NCBI RefSeq assembly: GCF_037042905.1
Contig: NC_087246.1
Location: 35,836,001 to 35,900,000, forward strand
Reading direction: 5' to 3'
DNA length: 64,000 nucleotides
DNA from: Lytechinus pictus
Lineage: Eukaryota
Within the stretch, counting starts at the first letter, position 1; each line of letters opens with the position of its first letter. The position numbers were made by a program, and so were the translations under genes. This document shows positions 25,775 to 38,318 of this stretch, piece after piece. The notes under the pieces were generated by a model. That model saw only the letters and a program-made list of their open reading frames with translations. It had not been told where the DNA came from and did not search any database.

Positions 25775-27834
25775 GGTCTCACCTAAATATGATTGACACG
25801 GTCTCTTAATTATCTTGTTTCATTTAGCTCTGAAAGTAAATGAAACAATCAGAGTCATTTGGCTACCGATCGCTTGTTTTCGTTTGAAAATACAGCGAAT
25901 TAACTGGTGTTCTTCTTCTTCTTCTTCTTCTCTATAAGTACAGGCCACCGTCTGGCGTATTGTCGTACTGTATTGTCGTTCTAGTCTACTATGAATCATT
26001 GTGAAGAAATGGGAATATACAAAGAGGTCTTATGTCGTTCAATTTTTTAAAGAATCAATGATGATTTAACGGATGGTGTGTCAGAGCTACGGTTCAGATG
26101 ACCTTGTTCTTTTATTTCTTATATCAACGTCAATTATTTTACTTTTTATATGTATGTTCCTCCTTATAAAGCACCAGTATGATAAATGAATATCAATGCA
26201 TAGTGTTATGAATAAAAGTCTATTTGATATAAATGATAAAATTATACAGGATTCGAAAAGGGACACATTTTAAGGACTGTTTCTATGAATTCATGAAGAT
26301 CATGGTGTTTCACTAATCAAATTATTCAAGCGCGAAATGTAAGCTGAAATCTTTTGACATTTTTGACATTTTGAAAGAACTATCTTTAAGAATTAATCTT
26401 TATAAAAACAAAGACGAGCACGAAGCGCGAGCTGAATTTTTCTTTTATATTCAGTCCTAAAAAGGGAACATTTTTAAGCACTTAGTAATCATGAAAAAGA
26501 TGCGTATGTCACTGAATAAAACAACGAGTTTGAAGCGCGAGGAGAAACATTTGATATTAATTTCAAAACGGAATGTTTTAAGCGCCATTTAATCCCCTTG
26601 GAAGGGGATCGTGTATCAAATTTAACAGGCAAAGCGTGCCCCGGGAGGAGTGGGGAACACATAGGCCCCAAGCAAATTGTGTCTCATCAAATTCTGAAAA
26701 AAACATATATTTCCTTTTTCCCGACTATAATTCCCTTTCTTTCCCGGTCTTTCTCTCCTTTCCCCCGTTTTTATTTTATTTTACTTTATTCAATTTGTTT
26801 ATGCTTGTCGATTTCTTTTATCTTTTATTTTATTTATTTAATTTTTTTATTTATTTTTTTCTTTTTTTTTTGGGGGGGGGGCACGTGCCACTCGTTACAT
26901 CACTGATGGTACTAGATGTCACTTTTGACTGGATTATTCACAAAATCTAGCTCTAAGGATAGTGCAATGTATAATGCTTTTAGCAGTTTTTGATCTGTCT
27001 TTCATCAATGCAATAACAAAAATAATCCAGTATACCCATTTGTTAACTTTTATGTATTAAAGAAAAAAAATCATATCAATGATCAGCCTATCTAATGGAT
27101 GAAATTTGCAGTAACCAATAAAACTTTTTAAAATACATATTCATATATTTTCGTGGACTATTTGTAAATCTAATTGTAATATTCCTCAATATTAAACACA
27201 CTAAGCATTTGTTGAAAAATATTTGATGGGAAGAATTAGGTTCTATAGATCGACCAACTACTCTAGAAGCCAATGACTGTCGGCTAATGCCAATCATAAT
27301 TGTTTCATTTACTTTAAAAGGTAAATGAAACATGACAATAGACCATGTCAATCAAATTTAAGTGAGAGAGATAGAGGTTGTGGGTGTGTGTGTGTGTGTG
27401 TGTGAGACACAGAGAGAGAGAGAGAGTAAGAGACAGAGACAGAGGGGAGAGAGAGTGAGTCCTTGGTTCTAAACACAAATGCATTAGTTGGTCGTTCACT
27501 CGTTGTATTAGTTTATTTTCAATTTTTGATCTTTGAAACTGCCAACCTCATTTAAATAATATAAATTAATTATGCATATAATTAGAAAACAAAATACATG
27601 ATGACAGTTTTACCTTTCACAAACAAATTACGTAAATGTCCCTTTGTTCTCTAACTGTCATATCATGTCATATTCCAATCTCGCAATCTTGAAAGCCAAA
27701 CATTTCCAACCTAAGTTTTGATTATTTTCAAATACTATAAAAGGGAGAAAATATCTTCATTAATCACTCATTCAACAGCATTCGAAATAACTCTTTATTT
27801 TCTCAAAACGTTCAGCTCAGCAAAACTCCTGAAA

Positions 27835-30800
27835 ATGGCTCAATCGGTAAGTATAACATTACTTTTTAAAATTATTCCAGCAGAAAAAAAATTAAGACTG
27901 CAAAACAGTTATAGTTAGCTTTTAAGGCATTCTAAAGATATATTGAGAAGAAAAAAAATTTGATGACATGGATTTCAATTTATTTGTAAATTTGTTTATA
28001 TACGTAAATAGAAATCTGCATTATACAACGAATATTTATATTGGATCTTACAATTCGGGGTATATCTCTTTGTTTTATTCCCCCGATCCGCCAATGGTGT
28101 ATATATGCTATCAAATTCCATTTATATTAAGCATTAGGATTATAAAATTTATTTTTATTCATTTTTTACAATTTTTATATTCTTTTCATGCTATTTTTGT
28201 CATATCTATTTAATTATCACTCCTATTCCTTTTTTGATTTTCAAATTTCAATCAATTCTTAAAATGTTCATGTTATCATTTAAACTATGATTTAAGAGTT
28301 TACAAATGAATTCGTTTTTTTTCCCCTTTTACAGGTAAAAACACTCTGCGTTTGTCTATGTCTCATTGCATTTTTTGCAATGGGAGTGAAAGGTATGGAT
28401 ATTTGTATTTTTTCAATTAAAAATGTATAGAGAAAAAGAGGCATTTATCGAAGTTTGCCGATATCTTTGTCACTATACTGCTTCTATCGTGACTTTCATC
28501 ATGTTTGATACTTCTATTTTGGAGGGATGACATATAACTTTTCATTAAAAAAAGAGAAAATGAAAGAAAGGGAAAGAGAGGAAGGTGAAATATGATATTA
28601 TTTTTTTAATATTATGTCAATTTTTTGGCTAGCTTGCTTCGCTCGCTCGAAACTTCTTTAATTTTTTTTCCCGATGCACCATATCTTGCCCCTCAAAACG
28701 TTTGGCTAAATATGCCACTAGTTTGTTATGTGTTTTAGTGATAAATTCTACGGAAAGTCACGATTTGATAATTTCTTTCATTTCTAGCCCAAACTACCGA
28801 TCGCACTGCACAGTTCGAAGCCCTATGTGACAGATACAGGCTGGTGGTTGACACGTGTGAAGAAGACCTAAGAGGACTTCTTACATCTACTGAACAAAAC
28901 CTGTTCGATGAAGCTGAGAATAGTATGGTGTGTCTGCTAGAGGAAGGAGAGCAGAATAGCGCTCATGCCTGTGAAATCTTGGAAAAAATTTGCCTTGAAG
29001 CTGTCGACTGTTCCTCTACAGGTAAGTAATATCTCCAAATCCCCCAATGCATTTTATAAAGATTTTTTGCTGCTTTTTGTTGACACTATCGTCCAAAAAT
29101 ATTTATGATATGTAATCCAAAAGATCCCTCTTCCTATATTAGATTGTTGCTCTTCTCATTTTATCATAGTTAAACTCAATGGCCCGTATTCTGATAGCAG
29201 GTTTAACTTAACCCTAGTCTAAAGTTAACCCTGGTTTAACTAAACCTCCTCTAAACCTCACCTCTGGTCTAAGTGTAGTTTAATTATTTTGGTATTCTGA
29301 TAGCCAGGTTTAACTAAACCTGGGTTAAACCCGGGTTTAAATTCTTTTTGGAAATAATAATCCTCTTTTAACCAAGACTAGCACCTTTTTGGTAAATTAG
29401 TGCTGCAGGGATGACTGCAACAAAGTTGAAAAAATGTCACTAAAGTTGTTTTTTCTTAAAAATTTGGATTTTATGGAAACTAATTACAACTATTGTAGTG
29501 AAAGAAAAGCATTCATCACCCATATATGGTAAGAAATTTTCATTCAGATTATCTTTATATTTTTTAATTACTAAAACATTTCAATCCCAAACCGAGTGAC
29601 CTGCATAGTTTTGTGTGTATCAGTCCCATTGATTGCTTTTCATGTTTGTCAAAATCTAAATTGAATAGATTTACCTCACCCACTCTAGACTAGAGTCTAG
29701 ACTCTAGTCCTATAGATCTAAAACAATAAGTTAAGAGGTCGACATCTTTATTCTAACTTTATGTAAGGGGAAATTTTTGTAACTTTTGAGAGTAGTCTTG
29801 GGTCTAACATTAGGCCTAGGCTAGTATAGTTAGATCTAGCTTAGGCCCAATTGTTTGGAGGAGAATTGAACATTGTTTTGACTTTTTTTACTTTCCTGAA
29901 GCAAACCGTAGTCTAGTGGAGCAACCGAGACTGAAGCTACATTATACATATTTATAGTATTGGTCTAGGCCTAGAACATCATTCAGGAATTAGGCTGGCT
30001 TAGCCTTGGGACAGGGATAGATATAGATCTATATTCTAACCTTATTCTTAGTTAGATTTGGAATCTAGTAGAATAGATCTGATTTGTCTTAGACAAAAAG
30101 CTTCAGTCTCTGTATTGTTCCGCTGAGTCTATGATGAGTATGACAGTCTACGTTGCCGTTGGCCTCTCTCACCAAGGCAATGTGATATGACAATAAAATG
30201 TCAGAATTTTTTCAATAAATCCCCAGAAACGACGGTTATTCCTGTCTACAGTGTTAGATCTGACTATCGCTATGCATTGCCATTGCTTGCCAAGTAACTA
30301 GGCCTGGCTAAATGACATCTCTCTACTCCTGTTTTAGGTCCATATCTGTTTCTTTGAAGAGTTTTTATTTTATTTAAATATTTTTGGGGACTTGTTTAGG
30401 TTTCCAGGTCCAGGACTAAAAAACAGGCCTAAACCTAGACCAACAACAGCTTAGTCTTGACTAGACTAGGCCAGGCCTAGATTTATGTAAGAATTTAGAT
30501 CTAGGCCTTACGTTAGTCTGTGCTATCTAGTCTACTGACTTACTGTATGATCTAGAATCTCTAACGCTGGCCTAGTTCTAGACTAAATAACTTAGACCCT
30601 ATCTAGATCTAGAACTAGATCTGTATCAATCTAGGTCTACATGTAATAGGTCTAGATCTAGAGATTTGTAGACTCTCAATTTAGATTCTAAATCGAAAAA
30701 TAGTAAATGTAGGCTAGTCTACAGTAGATCTACTCATCTAACCTTAGGCATGACAAAAGAAGTAGGCTAGAGATCTAACGGATTATTACTAGATCTAAAG

Positions 30801-32942
30801 AATCTAGATCTAGGCCTAGATCTAAAGCTAGGGACTGTAGTTCGAGATCTAGAGGTCTAGCACCCCCCTTAAAACTAGAACTAAGCCTACAGCTACATGT
30901 AGTTCTCTATGTAGCCAAACAACAGTTAGCATTGACTATTGTCTTAATCTCAGGCTTATTTTGGTGTGTGTAGTTACCATACAAACACATATTTTGATGA
31001 ATGAGAAAATGTGTCTTGCAGATTATTTTACCTCAAAACCTATGTGTTCTAAATTTCATGAGCATAGGCCTATGTCATAAAATGAAGAAGTTCAATCCAC
31101 GAGATGTGTTTACACATTTATTGATTTAATATGATGTTACCATGGCAACAAAGTTTCCAACACACACAAATATATGTCTTGCAGATCTATACCTCAAAAC
31201 CAATGTGTGAGCCGACTTTTATAAGAATTGGTTGAAAAATGAAAACTAATGAAGGAGTTCAAACCGCAAGATTTTCACCTAATTTCATTATGTAATATGT
31301 TGTTACCATGGCAACATGATTTCTGATACACCCAAATATATGTCTTGCAGATCTATACCTCAAAACCAATGTGTGAGCCAACTTTTATAAGAATTGGTTG
31401 AAAAATGAAAACTAATGAAGGAGTTCGAACTACAAAATTTTCACCTTATTTTCGTTATATAATATGTTGTTACCATGGCAACACGATTCTGATACAGGCA
31501 AAAATATGTCAGACATCTTCACCTCAACATTAATGTATGTGCCAAATTTTTAAGAGAATTGACCAGTTGGAAACTGATAAAGTAGTTCAAATCACAAGAT
31601 TTTCATCTAATTTTTTATATTTGATTTGTTACCATGGCAACATGATTTTTTTTAATAAAGACATAAAATATTTTTTGCACATCTTCACATCAAGACTAAT
31701 GTTTGTACCACATTTCATGAGAATTGGTTAAAACTTAGGAAGTAGTTGGAATTGCAAGATTTTTACATAGTTTTTGCCATAATATACCGTTTCCATGGCA
31801 ACACAATTTCCAACACATGCAAAAATGTGTCTTGCAAATCTTCACCTCAAGACTTATGTCTGTGCCAAATATCATGAGAAATGGTTTGAAAATTATAAAG
31901 TAATTATAAAACCACAAGTTTTTCACCTAATTTTCGATATTTGATATGTTACCATGGCAACGCGATTTTTTATATACTTTAGGCATAGAATATGTTTTGC
32001 ACATCTTCACATTAAGACTAATGTATGTGCCAAATTTCACAAGAATTGGTTAAAAACTGAGGAAGTAGTTGGAACAGCAAGATTTATGCTTAGTTTTTGT
32101 CATACTATACCGTTACCATGGCAACACAATTTCCGACACATGCAAAAATGAGTCTTGCACATCTTTACCTCAAAATCAATGTGTTAGCCAACTTTCTTGA
32201 GAATTGGTAGAAAACTGATTAAGTATTTTAAACGGCAAAATTTTGAACCATAATATACTGTTACCATGGCAACACAATTTCCGAAAAAGGGGAAAAAAAT
32301 TCTTACACCTCCTTACCTTGAGACCAAAGTGTGTTCCAAATTTCATGAGAATCTGTTAAAAACTGAGGAAGTAGCTCGAAATGCAATATAGGCATAAATT
32401 CTAAAAAATTGTTGGCCATGATTTGTTGGATTTAAACGAGGCTTAAACTACCCCCTGCGCGAGTTTAACTTTTTGAGGATTTATTACCACACTTAGACCA
32501 GGGTTAACTTAAACCTTGCTATCGGAATACGAAATTTAAACCTAGGTTTAAATATGGCAGTTTATTACCACACTTAGACTAGGGTTAAGTTAAACCACGC
32601 TATCAGAATACGGGCCAATGACATTTTCAAGTGTTTTAATTCTCTTTACACAATTTCTGGTCTTCATTATTCACATTTCAAACAAACGTAAGTCGTTATC
32701 ATAACCTCTCCCTTTTCCAAAAGATAAAAACAAACCGATATACAATATTTCAAAGAAATTATCGTTAAATATCCATGTTTACATGATATGCATTCCGATT
32801 AATCATTGGAGTTTCTTCGTATGTTAATAATTATTGCAATTATATTTCATTACTTGCAGCTCGTTTTAGACGTTCTTCGTCTGTCTCTGCCGAATCGTCA
32901 TCCGTTGAATCTAGTGAAACAGAATCTAGTGAAACAGACTGA
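27835..32942 (+). CDS. Secreted six-Cys acidic protein precursor, copy 5 (subtype A), 128 aa; 3.4-kb transposon in intron 3
   Basis: join(27835..27846,28335..28392,28788..29021,32860..32942); signal MAQSVKTLCVCLCLIAFFAMGVKA; variants NSAHAC and CLEAVDC. Confidence 0.9.
29181..32616. mobile_element. 3.4-kb composite non-autonomous DNA transposon (PIF/Harbinger-like) in intron 3 of copy 5
   Basis: aat|GGCCCGTATTCTGATAGC...GCTATCAGAATACGGGCC|aat; empty site caatgacatt in copies 2, 3 and 7; no transposase ORF seen. Confidence 0.92.
31000..32400. repeat. Tandem array of about 160-bp units, each with GTTACCATGGCAAC
   Basis: Motif near 31135, 31302, 31469, 31628, 31789, 31948, 32112 and 32260; related units at about 3280-3540. 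Confidence 0.85.
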
Positions 32943-33568
32943 GGAGGTCATCGCAGGCCAAAGGTTGAAACACAGTATCCCATATTTGCCTCGAGTGTCG
33001 TAATGTGTATGAAGATCACTTCTTCATTCGACTTTTACATAAGTGACTATTTAAGATGCTGCTTGTTTCTTTTTATGTGTCTTCCATTCACTAATATATT
33101 TAAATAAAATTCTAACCAAATATTGACAAATCTAATAATTTGCCTCAGTTATTCATAATTTTGATTATTTTTGGTAGGATTGTTGGATAAAGGGAATTGG
33201 AAGTTGAAAATTTGAAAAGAGTACGTGAGTAAACATAATTCATTGAGAGAAAATAATGACAAAAAATATTGTGTAAATAAGGTTGATTGTGAGACCCCTT
33301 CCACGTGAACTAGGGGAGTTATCAGGGGGTTCCATATAAAGAATGCTCCTTATATCCTGTTGGAGTATAGTGCAAAGAAAGGAAATGATAATGGGAATTT
33401 CTTTCGCAAGCTAAAGTCAAGATGCTAGAGAGCCTAGATACAAAGACAGTGCGTGTGGGTGCGTGCACCTGTGTATAAGGGTGAGAGAGAGAGAGGGGGG
33501 GGGGGAGAGAGGTACATGAGAATTAAAAGAGAGGGATGAAATATAAATAATTTGAGAGACAAGCTATT

Positions 33569-34229
33569 GGGCGATTCCATACTAGTCGTACGGGACATTT
33601 TGACAACAATTTCTAGTTTTCTAGCCGAATGCTTGAGCAATAAAATATTCTCTTTTGTCAATGATAAAGCTATAGTCGGTGGTCATGTGAAAAACTGATA
33701 ACCAACAAAAAAAAATGATTATGGGTGAGTTGTAGGTGAAAATGTCGTACGGGACGCAGAAAAGTCCCGTACGACACGCAACGTTTTAGGCTCTAATTCA
33801 CCTATGGACTACATATTTTTGTTGGTTGTCATTTTTTGGCATGTCTACCCAGTAGTACTTTAATATTACCACAAAGCAAATTCTTCGTTCGTTTGGACAG
33901 CAAGTTGTGACATGTTTGGAGTGTGAATGTGTGTGTTTTGGTGTGTGAGTGTGTGTAAGGGTGCGTGTGGGTAATGTTCCTGTTGTGATCTTTAAATACT
34001 TTTTTTTCTTTCTTTTTTCTTATAGTTATTCCATGTTTGAGTAAAATATCATATGCAGGGGCCCCTGATTACAAGCTGTGCTTCTTTGGGGTCCCAAACC
34101 TGTCATTTGTTTCAGTTCTTTATAATGTAACCATTTATTTTGTTTGTACTTTGTTCTCCTTTGACTGGTTTGAATAAATTCAATTCAATTCGATTCAAAA
34201 TCGCTAAATTTTCTAGCATGGAATCGCCC
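33569..34229. mobile_element. GGGCGATT MITE (longer allele with nested LINE-like tail at about 33900-34200)
   Basis: tatt|GGGCGATTCCAT...ATGGAATCGCCC|tatt; nested segment ends AATAAA(TTCAA)n. Confidence 0.8.
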
Positions 34230-34408
34230 TATTATAGAGTGAGGGGTGGCAGTGAGTCAGGTGGGGGTGCGCGATGAAGAGATGAAATAATACAAAAGGA
34301 AGAGTGGAAAAGCTTATACATGAGTATGCAATAGGTGGGTGTCTTCTATTTGTTTTTCAGTGTGTGTGTGTGTGTGTGTGTAAAATGTATTCTTCTCTCC
34401 CTTGTTAA

Positions 34409-35011
34409 AGGACAAGTCCACCCCAACAAAAAGTTGATTTGAAAAAAAAGGAGAAAATCCAACACGCAAAAAACTGAAAATTTCATCGAAATCGGATGTA
34501 AAATAAGAAAGTTATGACATTTTAAAGTTTCGCTTAATTTCACAAAACAGTTATATGCACATCCTGGTCGGTATGCAAATTGGCACACTGATGACGTCAC
34601 CCACTCACTATTTCTTTTGTATTTTATTATATGAAATATGAAATATTCTAATTTTCTCCTCCTTGTCAAGTGAAACAAAGTTTTATTTCTCCCTGAACAT
34701 GTGGAATTACCATTATTTTAACAGCTTATGGTTAAGTTAAGTTGGTCCTTAATGTCAAATTTGTAAAAATTGAAATAATGTTTTATTCAAACAATAAAAA
34801 ACAAAATAAATAGTGAGTGATGGACATCATCGACCCTTTCATTTGCATATCGCTGAGTTGTGCATAAACGGTTTTGTGAAAAATAAGCGATACTTAAAAA
34901 TGTCATAACTTTCTTATTTTACATCCGATTTCGATGAAATTTGCAGCATTATGTTTGTTTGATTTTTCTCTATCGATTCAAATAAACAATTTTCTGGGGT
35001 GGACTTGATCT
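34409..35011. mobile_element. TTAA-duplicating non-autonomous DNA transposon (same family as 14055)
   Basis: TTAA|AGGACAAGTCCACCCC...GGGGTGGACTTGATCT|TTAA; empty sites near 13483 and 17776. Confidence 0.9.
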
Positions 35012-36036
35012 TTAAAGATAAAGGATTGATCTCATTGAACCCAAATATAAGATTATACTTTTCGTATAATTTGTAGTTTCTATATAGTTACAAATGGTAC
35101 AGGTAACCTTAATTCAGCTTTCATTTTGTATAAGAATTTGTTTACAATCCTGCGATTTGGGGTTATGAATAATTATGTTGCTCACTGTATACATTTTTTT
35201 TTATTCACCCCGAAACAAAGCCTTGCTTTGGGACACCACAAGAGCTTATCACGAAAGAAGTGACACCATCATGCTAGACAAACTGTGCTCTCTTGCTCCG
35301 ATTATTCCTGAACCAGCCAAATGGCAACCCACAAGTTTGATCTTAACAGTAATAGAATAATATAATAATTAATAGTATCGAAAACTCCTGCAAAAAATAA
35401 TATTACGTGTCGAACTGTAGCTTTGAAGATAAAATGGGGACCAAATTCATTTATCTCTTAAAGAAAATAGTATTCAATATAACCAGGATCGTAAAAAAAG
35501 CCATAGTGAGTTTTACAGGTATACATGCACGTTCCCCCCCCCCCCTTTTTTTTTTACCGACTGGACTTTTACATAGTTCTGCATCAACAATATAGAAATC
35601 ATATTTGTTTAGTAAACCGAAATTGCAAAGAAATGTTAAATACTTTAATGTTTGAAAAGCCACATAACGCTTGGCCAATGCCAGTTTGTTCTGCGAATTC
35701 ATCACATCGTTTTCTGAAGATAAAATGTTTCAGGTTTTGAATGAAGAGAACCATGTATGGGCCATCTGGTAGTCTCTTTTTCTTTTAGCAGTATTTCAAT
35801 CTCTAGCTACATGAACAAATAGTATTAATAATGATAATAAAAAAGAATAATTAGCTAAAATAGAAAGGGATGAAAACTAGTGTTAAATCGATTTTAAACC
35901 AGATTGTCATGAAATTTTCGGTGTCGTGCTTCTTTAATTTTTCTATCTTTCTTGGAATTAACTTGTTGTAGAGTGGACATGTACCATGAGCTCACTCAAG
36001 ACTAGTGGAACTGCGGTTTATGAACCAAAAATATAC

Positions 36037-36786
36037 GCTTTTCACACTGCGTTTCCGTACTATCTTTAATCCCGGACTATCCTCAACCCCATACCTTCTT
36101 TTTTTTATTATTCACACTGTCTTTCTTAACCCCACACTATTTGCTGAGCCGGGGTCAACGCCGGACTATCGCACAGCTCATGAAAATTGATGATTTCCCA
36201 CACAGAGCGTGATTAACGTGCAATTTCGACTTCTGTGATTGGCTAATGCTTAGCCCCACATTTCCTTAGCCTCTTTTCGTTCATACTGCATTTCTTAGCA
36301 CCGCAATAGTGGTGCTAGCCACAGAAATACCAATTCGTTGGTGCTAGCACCGCAATAAGCCGGCTAACCCTGCTTTTTTGCAGGACCAGACTGATCGGGG
36401 GAAATATAGGTGAAGATAATTTCGGGCCCCGTCCCCTATTGGCGAAAGTCGGATCCGCCCTTGTGAAACATACACACACAACGGAAAAAATGGTGCCCCC
36501 TGAAAAAGCAAGGACCCCCCAGTGCCCCCCCCCCCCAGGAAAAAAATCCTAGCTACGCCACTGGCTAGCACCGCAATAAGCCGGCTAACCCTGCTTTTTT
36601 GCAGGACCAGATAGTACTATTTACCGTACTAGCCCACTTTGCTAAAACGTAGTGTGAAACCGAAGTGGGCTAAGATTAACCCCGGGAAATTGGTGGGGCT
36701 AAGTAAGACCTCTCCCCCCTCCCCCCCCCCCCCCTTTAGCCCCATCAATTTCCCGGGGTTGAGGAAATATGTCCAGTGTGAAAAGC
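36037..36786. mobile_element. GCTTTTCACACTG-terminal MITE
   Basis: GCTTTTCACACTG...CAGTGTGAAAAGC. Confidence 0.75.
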
Positions 36787-38318
36787 ATATTATAAAAAGG
36801 TGAAATCGTTTTAGATGGTGTTGCAATAGAAAAGAAATATCAACTCTTTTAGGTGATTGATTTAAAAACATGATCGTATTTTTTTAAGTATAGAAAATAA
36901 AAAAATTTAAATTGCCTATTGAAGAAAAAAATGGCAAAATTAATTTGAGAAAGTATTTCAAAAGAGAGCAATATCAAAGCAAATAGTAGTTCCTTACTGT
37001 TGCTTTATTTGCCACAGGTATTACTGAATGCCGTTTGACGTCTTTTGGATAATATTGAAAAATAATGAGGATCAAGAGACCATATAGACCGGATTACATC
37101 TTTTATATTTACTTGTGTTCTGAGTTACATGAAGAATTGTATGCCTGTTCTCTCTCTTTTACTTTCTCTCTCCCTCCCTTTGTGTTACTTTCTCACATTC
37201 CCCCCATCTCTCTTCGTTCTATTCATATAATCTTCCATCTTTCTCTTTCCACGTATCTCTCTCTTATTCCTGTCTGCCTATCTCTATAACTCTCTATCTC
37301 ACACACACCCACACACAGATAGAACGCACCCACCTATCGCATAATCATGCATTAGCTTTTCACTCTTCCTTTTGTATTATTTCAGCTCTTCATCGCGCAC
37401 ATAACTGCCATATATATACCATTATACAGGTTGTCTCTCATATTATTTATATTTTATCCCTCTCTTTTAAAGGAAACCAAAACCAAGATGAGAAGCAATC
37501 TTATTGGAAAGAGTAAAATAAGAGGAACAATTTAAATACGTTTCCGTTTTTGTGGACAACTCTCCATTTGTTTTGTACACATTTTTTTCAGATTTTCCCT
37601 ATTATCTTCAAAATTGCATGTTGCCTCATTCTGAGCATAACATATGTCATGGGAAAATATAATTCACACCACATATTGATCAAGGTCAGCAGGAGCTGAA
37701 GTGGAATATGTATAATAAAGGGGAAAATCTGAAAAAGAGGTACATGATGTACCTCTTTCTTCCCCCCTTCTCCCTCTCTCACACATACACACACACACCA
37801 CCCTTATACACAGGTGCACGCACCCACACACACTGTCTTTTTATATAGGCTCTCTTGCATCTTGACTCTAGCTGGCGAAAGAAATTCCAAGTATTATTTC
37901 CTTTCTTTGCACTATACACCAACATGATATAAGGAGCATTTTTATATGGAACCCCCTGATAACTCCCCTAGTTCCCGTGGAAGGGGTCTCACAATCAACC
38001 TTATTTACAAAATAATCTTCTTCTTTTTTCATTTTTTCTCTTAATGAATTAAGTTTACTCACGTATTTCTTTCCACTTTTCAACTTCCAATTACCTTTCT
38101 CCAACAATCAAAATAATCAAACTTATGAAAATGACTGAGGCAAATTATTAGATATTTCAATATTTTGTTAGAATTTTATTTAAATATATATTAGTGAATG
38201 GAAGAGACTCTTAAAATGTTTTTATATCAAAGTAGAATGAAAAAGTGATTTTCGTACACACTACGACTCAAGGCAAAGATGGGTACTGTGTTTCGACCAT
38301 TGACCTTCGATGACCTCC

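Noticed and set aside
27718-27918. Recurrent ORFs MIIFKYYKREK...MAQSVSIT and MEFLRML...PRVS
   Set aside because: The first reads through TATA box, 5' UTR, exon 1 and intron. The second is an alternative frame over the intron 3/exon 4 boundary. They recur only because the DNA is duplicated.
31000-32400. CRISPR-like array
   Set aside because: Units are homologous along their whole length with no unique spacers, the context is eukaryotic, and there are no cas genes.
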